DNA of 47,669 nucleotides from Dehalococcoidia bacterium (GCA_003141235.1 PLLL01000069.1:8734-56402), one strand, 5' to 3'; positions 37,137 to 46,623 are shown, numbered from the stretch's first letter. Notes: generated by a model from the sequence alone, not told the origin. Numbers and translations are program-made.

Positions 37137-39823
37137 TTTGTCAATTTCACCTCAGATTGAGTATTTTTGTAGGCTTTGACCCTTACCGTCGGTTCAGCCG
37201 AGCCCGATATAGGACAAAAATGATGCTGGTCGTACCGGATCAGGGCATTAGGGTTAACGCCTTTACCCCGCGAAATCGGGTTGCCCTTAGCCCAGCTCCC
37301 CAGGCCGACCGCGGCTATCACCCTGGGGTGTATCAACTGAGTAAGTTTTACATTCCCCGTTATCTTATCTCCCCAGTGATTTTCAAGACAGATGCTATCG
37401 CCTTCTTTTATGCCTTTTGTGCGGGCTGTTTCCACGTTCATGGCGATATTATAAGTAAAAGGATTGAATGAAGCCACCTGGTTTATATATGGATTTTGCG
37501 CTGTGAATCTATAAGTCATCAGCGGGTCCCGCTGCGAGATGAAAAACAGGTCATATTCTGAATCAGGCGGCAATTCGGTGTGAATAACCGAGGGGAAATA
37601 GCTTGTCAGCGCGGTAAAATAGTCCCAGTTCAGATCAAAACCTATTTTCCCGGCTTTCTCTTTTGTGTCCTCCCTGTCCGCCTCGACACCCTCAAAATAT
37701 ATCGGCACCCGGGCCTGTATGAACCACCGCCAGTAGCATTCTTCGGGTCTCTTATTCCAGTTCATAAAGCCGTTATCGCGGAACCATTCCAGGCCTCGCT
37801 CCGCGCCGAAATGGTATTTCAGTATGCGGTCGACGAACTCTATATTGGTCACTATGTCCTTCGTATCGATAATACTGGGTATTTCCCGGTTCGTGCCTGC
37901 CTGCCTGCACTTCCGGAACGTATAAAAATCATCCAAACGCGCATTATAGGTCGGTCTGATTCCCACCCTGTCGGCGAGGTCGTTCATCACGTCCTGAATG
38001 TCTCTGGCCTCGCCGGTCGGCGCGGTGACCGGCATCCTGACGTGAAAGCTAAATTTGTCCATGCCTAGAGGGTAGTTATAGGTGACGCCGAAAGCGCTGG
38101 AGATATCCAGGGTTTCCAGATAATGAGACTCGGGCAAAACGATATCGCAAAAGCCTTCTGTGGTCTCGTTATGGAACGGCTGTAAGGCAAAGGAAAATGG
38201 GACCTGTCCGAGAAACTTTGCGGCGGATTCCGGTCTGGTATTATTCATTAATGTATTGGCGCCGTAGGTGAAAAAGACTGCCGGCTCAAAAGTGCGGCCG
38301 GCTTTGGTCCATAATTCTTCCCAGTCCTCGGCATAGGGGTAAATATTAGAACTGGAGTGTGATAATACGTCGGAAAAGTTCATCGCGGTGCCCGCGTCCG
38401 CCACTTTCCGGGGCGGCCACGCCGCCTGACCGATAGGCCAGGGGCCGGGGGTCAGCATACCGTCCACGCCGCCAAAAGGTGCATATTTGAAACCGTCTGT
38501 TCCGGCGTAACCAAGACTTCTGGCTGCCCCTGAACCCAGCAGACCCCCGCAGACATCCTGATTACCCAGTAAAATATTTATCTGGTGCATTGCGCTGTAC
38601 TGGTGAAAGGAATTCTGATGGGTTTGCAGCCCTTTATATCCCACCACGCAGGCGGGCCTGTAAGGAACTTTTACACCTTCGATTTCAATAAAGCTTCCTA
38701 TTCTGGCTTCGTCAACGAGTTCCCTTGCCAGCCTCCGTATTGTAGCGGCGGGCACTGTGCTTATCGTGGAAGCCCAATCGGGCTGGTACTGTTTGAGATG
38801 CTCTTTTATCAGGACGAAAGCCGGCTGGCAGGCTAACCCCTGAGCCGTGTATTTCCCCTCAATCGCCGGATGCGTTAACGTCGGGTCATCATAGGTTTTC
38901 ACTTTACCGTCGGCTTCATCGAAAAGCAGCGGCTTTTTAGTCTGTGCGTCCCGCACATACAGGCGGTCAGGGCCAACCAGGTAAGCGCCGTTGGTCTTGT
39001 GCCTGAGGTATTCCTTATCATAAATACCTATCTCGTTAACAATGAGGTTGGCTATCGCCAGAAAAACCGCTATATCCGTCGCGGGTAAAATCGGTATCCA
39101 TTCTTCGCCCTTTGTAGCCACGGTGAACCCCTGCGGGTCCATGACCTTCATTTTCAGGCCTCTCTCCCGGGCCGCCGCCGCCATGCGTATACTCGTACTG
39201 GCGCTACGCCCACCGCCCCACCCTTCATTACCTCCGCAGCGAAGCACATAGTTACAATAACGGTAGTCCGGGATGATGTCCCAGGCCGCATATTGTAAAG
39301 CCCCCAGGTGATGGGCGCTGGCGCCGCACATAACGCCGGGCCCGCCGGAAGCGCCGCTGCCGCCAAAAGCCATCATAAAGCGGTAAAATGATACGTTGGC
39401 CCTCATGCCGCCGGTAGGTCCGGGGGTAAAAGCGAAAAATGCCGACCTCGGGTCTTTCTTTCTGGCCGCGGTAAGCTTATCGGTAATAACATCGAAGGCC
39501 TCTTCCCAGGAAATACGCTGCCATTTCGGGTCTTCGTACAGCCCTTTCTTTGGGTTAGTCCTTTTAACCGGATAAAGAATCCTGTTGGGATTATACCAGT
39601 CCATGAGGGCGCTAACTCCCCTGGCGCAAAGCCCCCCTTGAGCCCCGCGGTCGCTATCGGGAACGCCCTCTATAGCAATCGGCTTCCCGTCAAGAACCCT
39701 GACACGTATAGCGCACTCGTTATAGCAGAGAGAACAGATGCTGTGAACCCAGTGGTCTTTTTGTTTATCTCTTTCCCCGAAGACTTTCCGGTAGCGCTCA
39801 CGGTCATTCTCAACAATACCCAT
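37133..39823 (-). CDS. Molybdopterin (bis-MGD) oxidoreductase catalytic subunit, PadB-like, no Tat signal
   Basis: CSLCYNEC...LCARG Fe-S motif; RILYPVKRTNPKKG..DPKWQRISWEEA; WIPILPATD; CDIVLPESHYLE; C-terminal dinucleotide-binding domain. Confidence 0.9.
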   Translation of the reverse strand: MGIVENDRERYRKVFGERDKQKDHWVHSICSLCYNECAIRVRVLDGKPIAIEGVPDSDRGAQGGLCARGVSALMDWYNPNRILYPVKRTNPKKGLYEDPKWQRISWEEAFDVITDKLTAARKKDPRSAFFAFTPGPTGGMRANVSFYRFMMAFGGSGASGGPGVMCGASAHHLGALQYAAWDIIPDYRYCNYVLRCGGNEGWGGGRSASTSIRMAAAARERGLKMKVMDPQGFTVATKGEEWIPILPATDIAVFLAIANLIVNEIGIYDKEYLRHKTNGAYLVGPDRLYVRDAQTKKPLLFDEADGKVKTYDDPTLTHPAIEGKYTAQGLACQPAFVLIKEHLKQYQPDWASTISTVPAATIRRLARELVDEARIGSFIEIEGVKVPYRPACVVGYKGLQTHQNSFHQYSAMHQINILLGNQDVCGGLLGSGAARSLGYAGTDGFKYAPFGGVDGMLTPGPWPIGQAAWPPRKVADAGTAMNFSDVLSHSSSNIYPYAEDWEELWTKAGRTFEPAVFFTYGANTLMNNTRPESAAKFLGQVPFSFALQPFHNETTEGFCDIVLPESHYLETLDISSAFGVTYNYPLGMDKFSFHVRMPVTAPTGEARDIQDVMNDLADRVGIRPTYNARLDDFYTFRKCRQAGTNREIPSIIDTKDIVTNIEFVDRILKYHFGAERGLEWFRDNGFMNWNKRPEECYWRWFIQARVPIYFEGVEADREDTKEKAGKIGFDLNWDYFTALTSYFPSVIHTELPPDSEYDLFFISQRDPLMTYRFTAQNPYINQVASFNPFTYNIAMNVETARTKGIKEGDSICLENHWGDKITGNVKLTQLIHPRVIAAVGLGSWAKGNPISRGKGVNPNALIRYDQHHFCPISGSAEPTVRVKAYKNTQSEVKLTK

Positions 39824-40131
39824 TACCAGATCTCCTTCCTACCCCCACACTAATCAGAACAAGGTTGCCCCAAAACCATCCTTAATTTGATGTTTAACCT
39901 TTTGATACGATTATAAACGCCTGTTAAAAAAAATAGCAAATAGGATGTTCATACTTAACTGCCTGATGTTGCTTCATTAGTTTTCCCCACTACTTAAAAT
40001 ACGCATACGCTTCTTTCTGGGTAATCTTACTTTTGCAGCTAACTGCTTCAATGCTCTAACCGGCATCAAAAAGGCTATAGATTTGATAATCATGCTCCAG
40101 TTAACATAAGGGCTTTATTAGCTACAAAAAG

Positions 40132-40195
40132 TGGTGGGCGATAATGGACTCGAACCAATGACCCTCCCGATGTTATCGGGATGCTCTAACCAGCT
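40132..40195 (-). pseudogene. 3' two-thirds of a tRNA (Val-like), probably an att-site remnant
   Basis: Minus strand AGCTGGTTAGAGCA-TCCCGATAACATCGGGA-GGGTC-ATTGGTTCGAGTCCATT-ATCGCCCACCA; 5' acceptor strand and start of the D-arm are missing. Confidence 0.7.
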
Positions 40196-40362
40196 TGGTG
40201 GTATATGGTGGGCCACAGTGTACAATACGCAGAACTTTTAAACTGTCGTTCAATCTGGCTATTTAACTTAACGCTCCTATAACGTGATTATAAATGGTAA
40301 ACTGCACAGTCTGCAACGGGCAATCTTTCCAGTTTCAGTGGTCATTGACTGGAGGAAGCCGG

Positions 40363-40390
40363 TGGTAGAATCTTATAAGCCTTATAAGAT
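40363..40390 (+). promoter_or_regulatory. Extended -10 element plus perfect palindromic operator
   Basis: TGGTAGAAT at 40363-40371; ATCTTATAAG-C-CTTATAAGAT at 40370-40390. Confidence 0.55.
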
Positions 40391-40412
40391 AATCCTAAAT
40401 TGGAGGTGGAAC

Positions 40413-40697
40413 ATGAGCAGAACTAATCTCCAGCCAAAAAATAAAAAAGCCATTCAATGCCCAGATTGTGGCAAATGGCTTACTCTCCAGGGTTATGGCG
40501 GTCATCGTCGTTTCTATCATGGCGAATACCAAAAGGATTTGAAGCGACAACTTTTTAATCGATTAATTGCTTTGAAAAAAGCTAATAAAATATCTCAACC
40601 CATGTTGGCAGCTATGTCTACCACTTTAGGCGATTACTCAAAGTCCACAATGGAAGAGATTTTGGAGATAAGGGACTTCATTGATAGTATTCCGTAG
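40413..40697 (+). CDS. Small C2H2-type zinc-finger protein (94 aa)
   Basis: GGAGG RBS before ATG 40413; CPDC-x11-H-x4-H followed by a helical tail. Confidence 0.75.
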   Translation: MSRTNLQPKNKKAIQCPDCGKWLTLQGYGGHRRFYHGEYQKDLKRQLFNRLIALKKANKISQPMLAAMSTTLGDYSKSTMEEILEIRDFIDSIP

Positions 40698-40872
40698 GTG
40701 CCTATCTACCGGGGGAGGGCTGCAGGCAAACCGCTACAGCCGGGTAGCGATGTTTTTTCCTCCACCGTTGTCTCTGGAAATTGGCTAACTGATTGGCCCC
40801 TTATACGTTTCACCGGAACGGGTTAGGCAGATCGGCCTGCTACTGAACATTACGATGTAAAGTTCAAGTGTC

Positions 40873-41949
40873 TCAAAGCCCATCACTGGAATACTGTGTT
40901 GGTGATTTACCTTGCTTCTTCACCACCATGGGGTAACTGGCACGAGTAACCCTTTCGGTTACACTTATCAACTCGACTTCGTGCCACAATTCATCGCCAT
41001 AGTCGAAGAGATAGAGGATTTTCGGGCCGCCGTACAGGGCAAGGCTGTCAATTCTGATACGGGTGGCAAGTTTTTTCGTTCCGTCGGTATCAATACCGGG
41101 TGAAGTATATTCACTCTCCCTGTCATAGGGCTTGTTGCTTAAGAAGAAGCTGTACTGATGTTCCTCAGAACGGTCGAAGGCTTTGAATATGGCTTTGTGC
41201 AGACTGGAAAGCATCTGGTTTCCTTTTATATCGATAATCCGCCAGATATCAGGTTTGTCTCTGAGTGATACTTTAAACCTGTGGACGAAGTGGGTGTTAG
41301 TATAGGCTGAGGGTCTTGTCTTTACTTTAGCTGCTCTCTCATCCTGTTGACTGAATCCCTTACTAAAGCTGAGAACTTTATTCCAGACATCCTGAGCTAC
41401 AGCATTGGTGGGGTCCAGCCTTACAGCTCTTTCCGCATATTCCCTGGCCTTGTCTATATTGACTGAGGATAGATAAGCCACGGCCAGGTCGGTCAGGATA
41501 TTAACGTTGGCCGGCGCCAGACGGCTTGCCTTTTCAAGAGAAACTAATCCCTTGGCTGCATCGCCATTTTCATATAAAGCCCAACCCAGCCCGCGTAGAT
41601 ACTCGCCATTGTTCGGCTCCTTTTTAACCGCTCTCTCAAATTCTGGAATAGCCTTGTCCCATTGTCGCTTGTAGGAATAGACGAAACCCAATATGTAGCG
41701 GTAGCCAGGGTTCTCTGGCTTGAGGTTTATCGCTTTCTTAACGTGTTCCTCAGCCAGGTCAAGCTTCTGTAACGTGAGAAATATATCCCCGAGATAGGCA
41801 TTGGCATACTCGACGGCAACCGTGTTATCACCGTACCTCACTAGGATGTATTTATAGATTTCGATGGCTTTATCAAAATCGCCGCGTTCGATAAAACCTC
41901 TGGCGTCATCCCATATTGAATTTAATTCTGGAAGGTCCTCTTTACCCAT
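40873..41949 (-). CDS. TPR-repeat protein fused to a plasmid pRiA4b ORF-3-like domain
   Basis: About 5 TPR motifs, then FKVSL....IWR.I.I....LSSLHKAI..AF....HQYSF and YLFDYGDELWHEVEL. Confidence 0.85.
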   Translation of the reverse strand: MGKEDLPELNSIWDDARGFIERGDFDKAIEIYKYILVRYGDNTVAVEYANAYLGDIFLTLQKLDLAEEHVKKAINLKPENPGYRYILGFVYSYKRQWDKAIPEFERAVKKEPNNGEYLRGLGWALYENGDAAKGLVSLEKASRLAPANVNILTDLAVAYLSSVNIDKAREYAERAVRLDPTNAVAQDVWNKVLSFSKGFSQQDERAAKVKTRPSAYTNTHFVHRFKVSLRDKPDIWRIIDIKGNQMLSSLHKAIFKAFDRSEEHQYSFFLSNKPYDRESEYTSPGIDTDGTKKLATRIRIDSLALYGGPKILYLFDYGDELWHEVELISVTERVTRASYPMVVKKQGKSPTQYSSDGL

Positions 41950-42094
41950 AGTTCGTCCTCATGCAGTTGATGTTGATTCAATGATACCATACGGTAAAAA
42001 GTGAGGGTAACTTTCAGATGAAAAGTATCACTAGGTAACATTACAAGCTTTTGTTACATCTAATTTAGCGTCATTCCTGTGGATAGCAAAAAGG

Positions 42095-42628
42095 TTAATC
42101 CTTGGCCGTTCGTTTTAAAAAAGGTGGTTTATAATCTAAACCGAGCAAGCTACGGGCCTGTTTCTGCAATTGATTTAAATATAAAACGAGCTTCCGTTTA
42201 TCCGCCGCTGACAGGGAAGAAAATATCATTTCGATTGACTCTCGAGTCACACCTTCGTATCTGTCCTTCCCCTTTTTCGTCATGATGACTTTAAAAACCT
42301 TTTCCTTAGATACTTTTACCTTTTTTACCAATCCGGCCTTTTCCATTCTGTTGACTAGGGTGGATACCGAATGGCGTTGACGCAGGGTAAAAGAGGCTAT
42401 CTGGTTCATCGTTGCCGAGCCACCCCGGATTTTCAACACGTATAAAACCTGGGCCTGTTCCTTGGTAAGATTATACTGGGCGAGTTCCAGTAACCGCGAT
42501 CTGGTCACCGCGAAGTGTGCTTGGTCCAAGAGTACCCATATATCGTGGTCATTATCCGGATTAAAATTGGTATCCTCTGCGGGCGAATCTCGATTAATGC
42601 GGTGGCTCTGTTTCTGGTGCATTTTCAT
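42095..42628 (-). CDS. MarR-family transcriptional regulator
   Basis: EL.QYNLT.EQA.VL; HSVSTLVNRMEKAGLVKK; MTKKG. Confidence 0.9.
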   Translation of the reverse strand: MKMHQKQSHRINRDSPAEDTNFNPDNDHDIWVLLDQAHFAVTRSRLLELAQYNLTKEQAQVLYVLKIRGGSATMNQIASFTLRQRHSVSTLVNRMEKAGLVKKVKVSKEKVFKVIMTKKGKDRYEGVTRESIEMIFSSLSAADKRKLVLYLNQLQKQARSLLGLDYKPPFLKRTAKD

Positions 42629-42750
42629 AAATTGTTATTACCACCCGTTTTTAGAAATGGCGTTATCCATTTTGGCATAGTTGCCACCAATGTTCAAGTT
42701 ACCGTAGCTATGGAGCGGGCGGTACTGAAATATATGGTGATGGACATTTG

Positions 42751-43653
42751 TTAGAGTGTGCCTCGGAGTCTGGGATCTAAAGCGTCCCTCAAGCCATCGC
42801 CCACCATATTGAAGGAGAGTACTGCGAGTGTAATGGCAATACCCGGCGCAAAAGAAAGCAACGGATTGAGGAACAGGTAATTGTATCCATCACTCACCAT
42901 AGAGCCCCAGGTGGCCGTCCCCGGCTCAACGCCGATGCCCAGAAAACTTAAGCCGGCCTCGGACAAAATCGCCGAGCCTATCGTGAGAGTCAACAGCACC
43001 AGCAGGGGCGGAAACGAGTTAGGCAGGATGTGTCGGAGCAATATGCGGGTATCCGTCGCTCCGAGTGAGCGCGCTCCGGTGATATAATCGTCCTCTTTAA
43101 TAGAAAGCACCTGTCCGCACATCAACCGGCAATATCCCGGCACCATCGCTATGCCCAGCGATAGAATCACGCCCTTCAGACCGCCTCCGATAGCCGTGGC
43201 GATGGCCAAAGCCAGCACCAGTGGTGGCAGAGACATCATAGCATCGGTGATTCTCATGATGATATTATTTGCCCAGCCTCTGAAATACCCGGCCAGAATG
43301 CCCAGGGACATGCCTATTAAGCTGGCGATACCGATGACCAGGATACCTACCATGAGCGAAATACGCGAGCCGTAAATGACGCGGCTAAGCACGTCCCGGC
43401 CAAGCTCATCGGTACCGAGGAGGTGTTCGCGCGAAGGCTGCTGCAGCCTTGTTTCCAGCGACTGCTTATCAGGGCTATAAGGGGCCACGAGCGGGGCAAA
43501 TACCGCCATGAAAATAATTCCCAAGACGATAACCATGCCAACCACTACTATCCACCGGCTGAACATTACCCTGAAGATGCGTCTGGCCTCGCTGGCCTGG
43601 CGTATTGCCGGCCCCGCCCCGGCATTTTCTTCAGCTATCGGTGTGGGTTGCAT
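42751..43653 (-). CDS. ABC permease DppC/OppC-like
   Basis: HLLGTDELGRDVLSRVIYGSR; GDGLRDALDPR; close paralog of 30817-31713. Confidence 0.94.
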   Translation of the reverse strand: MQPTPIAEENAGAGPAIRQASEARRIFRVMFSRWIVVVGMVIVLGIIFMAVFAPLVAPYSPDKQSLETRLQQPSREHLLGTDELGRDVLSRVIYGSRISLMVGILVIGIASLIGMSLGILAGYFRGWANNIIMRITDAMMSLPPLVLALAIATAIGGGLKGVILSLGIAMVPGYCRLMCGQVLSIKEDDYITGARSLGATDTRILLRHILPNSFPPLLVLLTLTIGSAILSEAGLSFLGIGVEPGTATWGSMVSDGYNYLFLNPLLSFAPGIAITLAVLSFNMVGDGLRDALDPRLRGTL

Positions 43654-43667
43654 GATTTCATATCTCC

Positions 43668-44609
43668 CTAGTTATAGTGTATCCTGGGGTCAAGCCAGCT
43701 ATATGATATATCAACCGCAAGATTGGCCAGCACTACCGCCAGCGCGATTACCAGCGTACAGGCCTGGACAACAGGAACGTCCTTGTTCGTGGCGCCCTGG
43801 ACCAGGAATCTTCCCATGCCGGGGATGTTAAATACCCTCTCGACCAGCACCGAGCCCCCGAAAAGAAAACCGAGCTGCAAACCGAGCAGCGTTATCACCG
43901 GAATGAGGGCATTCTTTAAAGCATGCTTAACGACGACAACTTTTTCCAGGAGGCCTTTAGCCCTGGCCGTGCGGATATAGTCACGCCGCAGCACCTCGAG
44001 CATGCTGGAGCGGGTCTGGCGGGCTAAAGCCGCGACGGCGGGAATCGCCAGGCAGATGATAGGCATAATCGCATGCTTGATGCTTAGCCAGAAATTGTCA
44101 AAAGGAGATATATATCCCTGGATAGGAAGCCAGCCCAGCTTAAGCCCGAAATAATAGATTCCCAGCGCGCCCAGCCAGAAAACGGGAACCGAAATGCCGA
44201 AGTTGGCGAAAAACGTTATCAGAGAGTCCAGCAGGCTGGCCCGCTTAACCGCGCAGATGATGCCGGCGGCAATGCCGAGTACGCTGCCGAAGACCAGCGC
44301 AATCAAAGAATAATAGAGGGTAATCGGCAATCGGGTGATTATCGCTTTACCGATATTCTCATGGTAGATTGATTGCCCGAACTGAAAATGAATCGCGCCT
44401 AAAAGCCAGTGCTCGTACTGCACGGGCAGGGGACGGTCCAGCCAAAGCTGTTTTCTTACATCTTCCAGCTGTTCTTTACTGGCCTGTGGGCCGAGCATTG
44501 TAATCGCGGGATCTCCGGGTATCAACTGTATGAGAAAAAAGATAATGATTGTGACCAGGAAAAGGACGACGAGACCTAAAAGTAATCTCCGGACGATGTA
44601 GCTTGCCAA
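43668..44609 (-). CDS. ABC permease DppB/OppB-like
   Basis: YIVRRLL..PGDP; RSSMLEVLRRDYIRTARAKGL; LDPRI. Confidence 0.94.
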   Translation of the reverse strand: MASYIVRRLLLGLVVLFLVTIIIFFLIQLIPGDPAITMLGPQASKEQLEDVRKQLWLDRPLPVQYEHWLLGAIHFQFGQSIYHENIGKAIITRLPITLYYSLIALVFGSVLGIAAGIICAVKRASLLDSLITFFANFGISVPVFWLGALGIYYFGLKLGWLPIQGYISPFDNFWLSIKHAIMPIICLAIPAVAALARQTRSSMLEVLRRDYIRTARAKGLLEKVVVVKHALKNALIPVITLLGLQLGFLFGGSVLVERVFNIPGMGRFLVQGATNKDVPVVQACTLVIALAVVLANLAVDISYSWLDPRIHYN

Positions 44610-44755
44610 TTTACTCCGTCTTACTCTCCGGTGGATTTAAAACAGTTGAAAATATTAGGTTGATTTGATAATAAATAAAGTTCAAGCGCATGTCAACTAA
44701 ATAGAAAGACAAAATGCTCTTTTCAATCTGGTCCTATTAACGCGCCAAGGAAGCA

Positions 44756-44783
44756 GGGGTGGGCCGGCCTCCCGACCCACCCC
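44756..44783 (-). terminator. GC-rich stem-loop after the SBP gene
   Basis: GGGGTGGG-CCGGCCTCCCGA-CCCACCCC. Confidence 0.6.
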
Positions 44784-44800
44784 CAGTATTCAAGTTCGGG

Positions 44801-46417
44801 CTAATGCTCCATCCAGGCATCTTGCGGCGTCCACTGTCCGCCTTCAATCATGTCCAGTCCATCGTTATGGACTTTCGTTTGCCTGAAGGTAATATCATCG
44901 ACTACCCATAGTGGAATCATGACTGACTGTTCGCCGAAGACCCTGTCCTGGACTTTCCAGGTAAGCGCCTGCTTGGTCTTGTCGTCCGGAGCGGCCTTGG
45001 CGTCCTTAATCATCTGGTCGGTCTGGGCCGTATACAGTACACAGGGCATCAGCGGGGCGCCTGTCTGCACCCATCCCAGCCTCGAAAGGACATCACCATC
45101 GGGCTGTACCGAGATCAGAAGCAGGCCGTTGTCCCAGCCCTTCATAATGGGAGCGAACAGGCCGGCAACGTCGAGGACCCTGATATCAAGGTTGATGTTT
45201 ACCGCCGCCAGCATATCTTTTACCGCCTGCAGCACCGTAACATGGACCGGGTTGCACTGGATGTAGGTGTTGAACCCGTTCGGGTAGCCGGCGGCCGCGA
45301 GAAGCGCTTTGGCTTTAGCGGGGTCGTAAGGGTGTCCTACCATATTGGGGTCATAACCGAAGTTGCCGGGCGGGCCCCACTCGTTGGTGACCACAGCGTG
45401 GCCATAAAAGAGGTTCTTCGCAATTGTGTTCTTATCAATGGCGTACTCCAGAGCATTGCGGACGCTTTGATTGGCATAGACAGAATCCGCGTTGCCGCCA
45501 TCAGGGACTATCATCCACTGTACTGTGCCGTTGCCGTTTTTGATGGCAGTCTCGGTATACTTATTTCCCACCTCCAGCGTACTGGCCTGAAGCGGCGACA
45601 CCGCGAAAATGGCATTCGTCTCGCCCGCCTGGAAAGAGGCTTGGCGCGTGGTATCATCAGCGATAAAGACGAATTTGATTCCGTCAAGATAGGGTTTGCC
45701 TTTCTGCCAGTAGTTATCGTACCTCTTGTAGATGATAGACACGTCGTGCTGCCAACTGACGAACTGGAAGGGGCCGGTGCCTACCGGGTTCGCCTGGATC
45801 CAGGTCTCGTCGTGCGCGTTCGCGGCGGTAGGCGAAATCATGCCGCCGGCTGACCAGCACACATCATACACAATAGAGCTGTCCCATTGTTTGAGATTAC
45901 AACGGACGGTAGAAGTATCGACCACGTCGATGGATGCGACGCTCTGCATCTCTTGTTTTTTCATGGCTATCTCGTGGTCGAGGTTCCACTTCACGGCCGC
46001 AGCATCGAAGGTGGTGCCGTCATGGAAGGTGATGCCTTTTTTAATCGTGATGGTCAGGGTCTTGGCCACGGGGTCGGTTTTCCAGCTATCCGCCAGCCAG
46101 GGCACTATGTTGCCATTGTTATCAAAGATAGCGAGGTACTCGATGGCTGGTTTCTGCATCAGTTTGGAGGCTTTCTGCGTCCCTGACGGGTCGCCGATCA
46201 TGTTAGTATCGGCGTTTAGAGAAATTACCAGAGTGCCGCCATACTGCGGCGTCAGTGTCGTGGTAGCGGCTGCCGGCTTAGTCGTGGCTGCCGCAGTTGT
46301 TGACGCCGGGGTCGTTGCCGCGGACTTCGTGCCGCAACCGGGAATCAGCATCAACAAAATGATTGATAGCGCTATTGCCAGGTAGGCGAGCTTGAGGATG
46401 GGTCTTTTCTTTATCAC
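44801..46417 (-). CDS. Peptide/nickel-type ABC substrate-binding lipoprotein (family 5)
   Basis: AGGAGG RBS before GTG 46417; lipobox IPGC; PQYGGTL; FHDGTTFDAAAVKWN; PVGTGPF; YWQKGKPYLD. Confidence 0.92.
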   Translation of the reverse strand: MIKKRPILKLAYLAIALSIILLMLIPGCGTKSAATTPASTTAAATTKPAAATTTLTPQYGGTLVISLNADTNMIGDPSGTQKASKLMQKPAIEYLAIFDNNGNIVPWLADSWKTDPVAKTLTITIKKGITFHDGTTFDAAAVKWNLDHEIAMKKQEMQSVASIDVVDTSTVRCNLKQWDSSIVYDVCWSAGGMISPTAANAHDETWIQANPVGTGPFQFVSWQHDVSIIYKRYDNYWQKGKPYLDGIKFVFIADDTTRQASFQAGETNAIFAVSPLQASTLEVGNKYTETAIKNGNGTVQWMIVPDGGNADSVYANQSVRNALEYAIDKNTIAKNLFYGHAVVTNEWGPPGNFGYDPNMVGHPYDPAKAKALLAAAGYPNGFNTYIQCNPVHVTVLQAVKDMLAAVNINLDIRVLDVAGLFAPIMKGWDNGLLLISVQPDGDVLSRLGWVQTGAPLMPCVLYTAQTDQMIKDAKAAPDDKTKQALTWKVQDRVFGEQSVMIPLWVVDDITFRQTKVHNDGLDMIEGGQWTPQDAWMEH

Positions 46418-46623
46418 CAGGGCACCTCCTTCTTGATACTCCGGATGATCATTCATGCAGGAATATCGTTGCCTAATATCATACCACTTTTTAGATATTT
46501 GTAAAACATATATGATATCTTACTTGATAAATATATTGATATCATGTTTAAATTGATGCTAGAATGTGGTAACAATCATCGAAAAGTTAATCACAAGTAA
46601 ATTTGAAAAGGGGGTCTCAAGGA

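Noticed and set aside
40132-40210. Functional tRNA-Val(AAC)
   Set aside because: The 5' acceptor strand and first D-stem strand are absent, and the T-stem has a mismatch.
40284-40412. N-terminal extension of the zinc-finger ORF given in the ORF track
   Set aside because: It covers promoter and operator sequence; the strong RBS points to ATG 40413.
40720-40760. Possible c-di-GMP-I riboswitch (GGCAAAC...)
   Set aside because: Only a CGCTAC/GTAGCG hairpin with a T-run follows; the second GEMM stem is missing. More likely a terminator.
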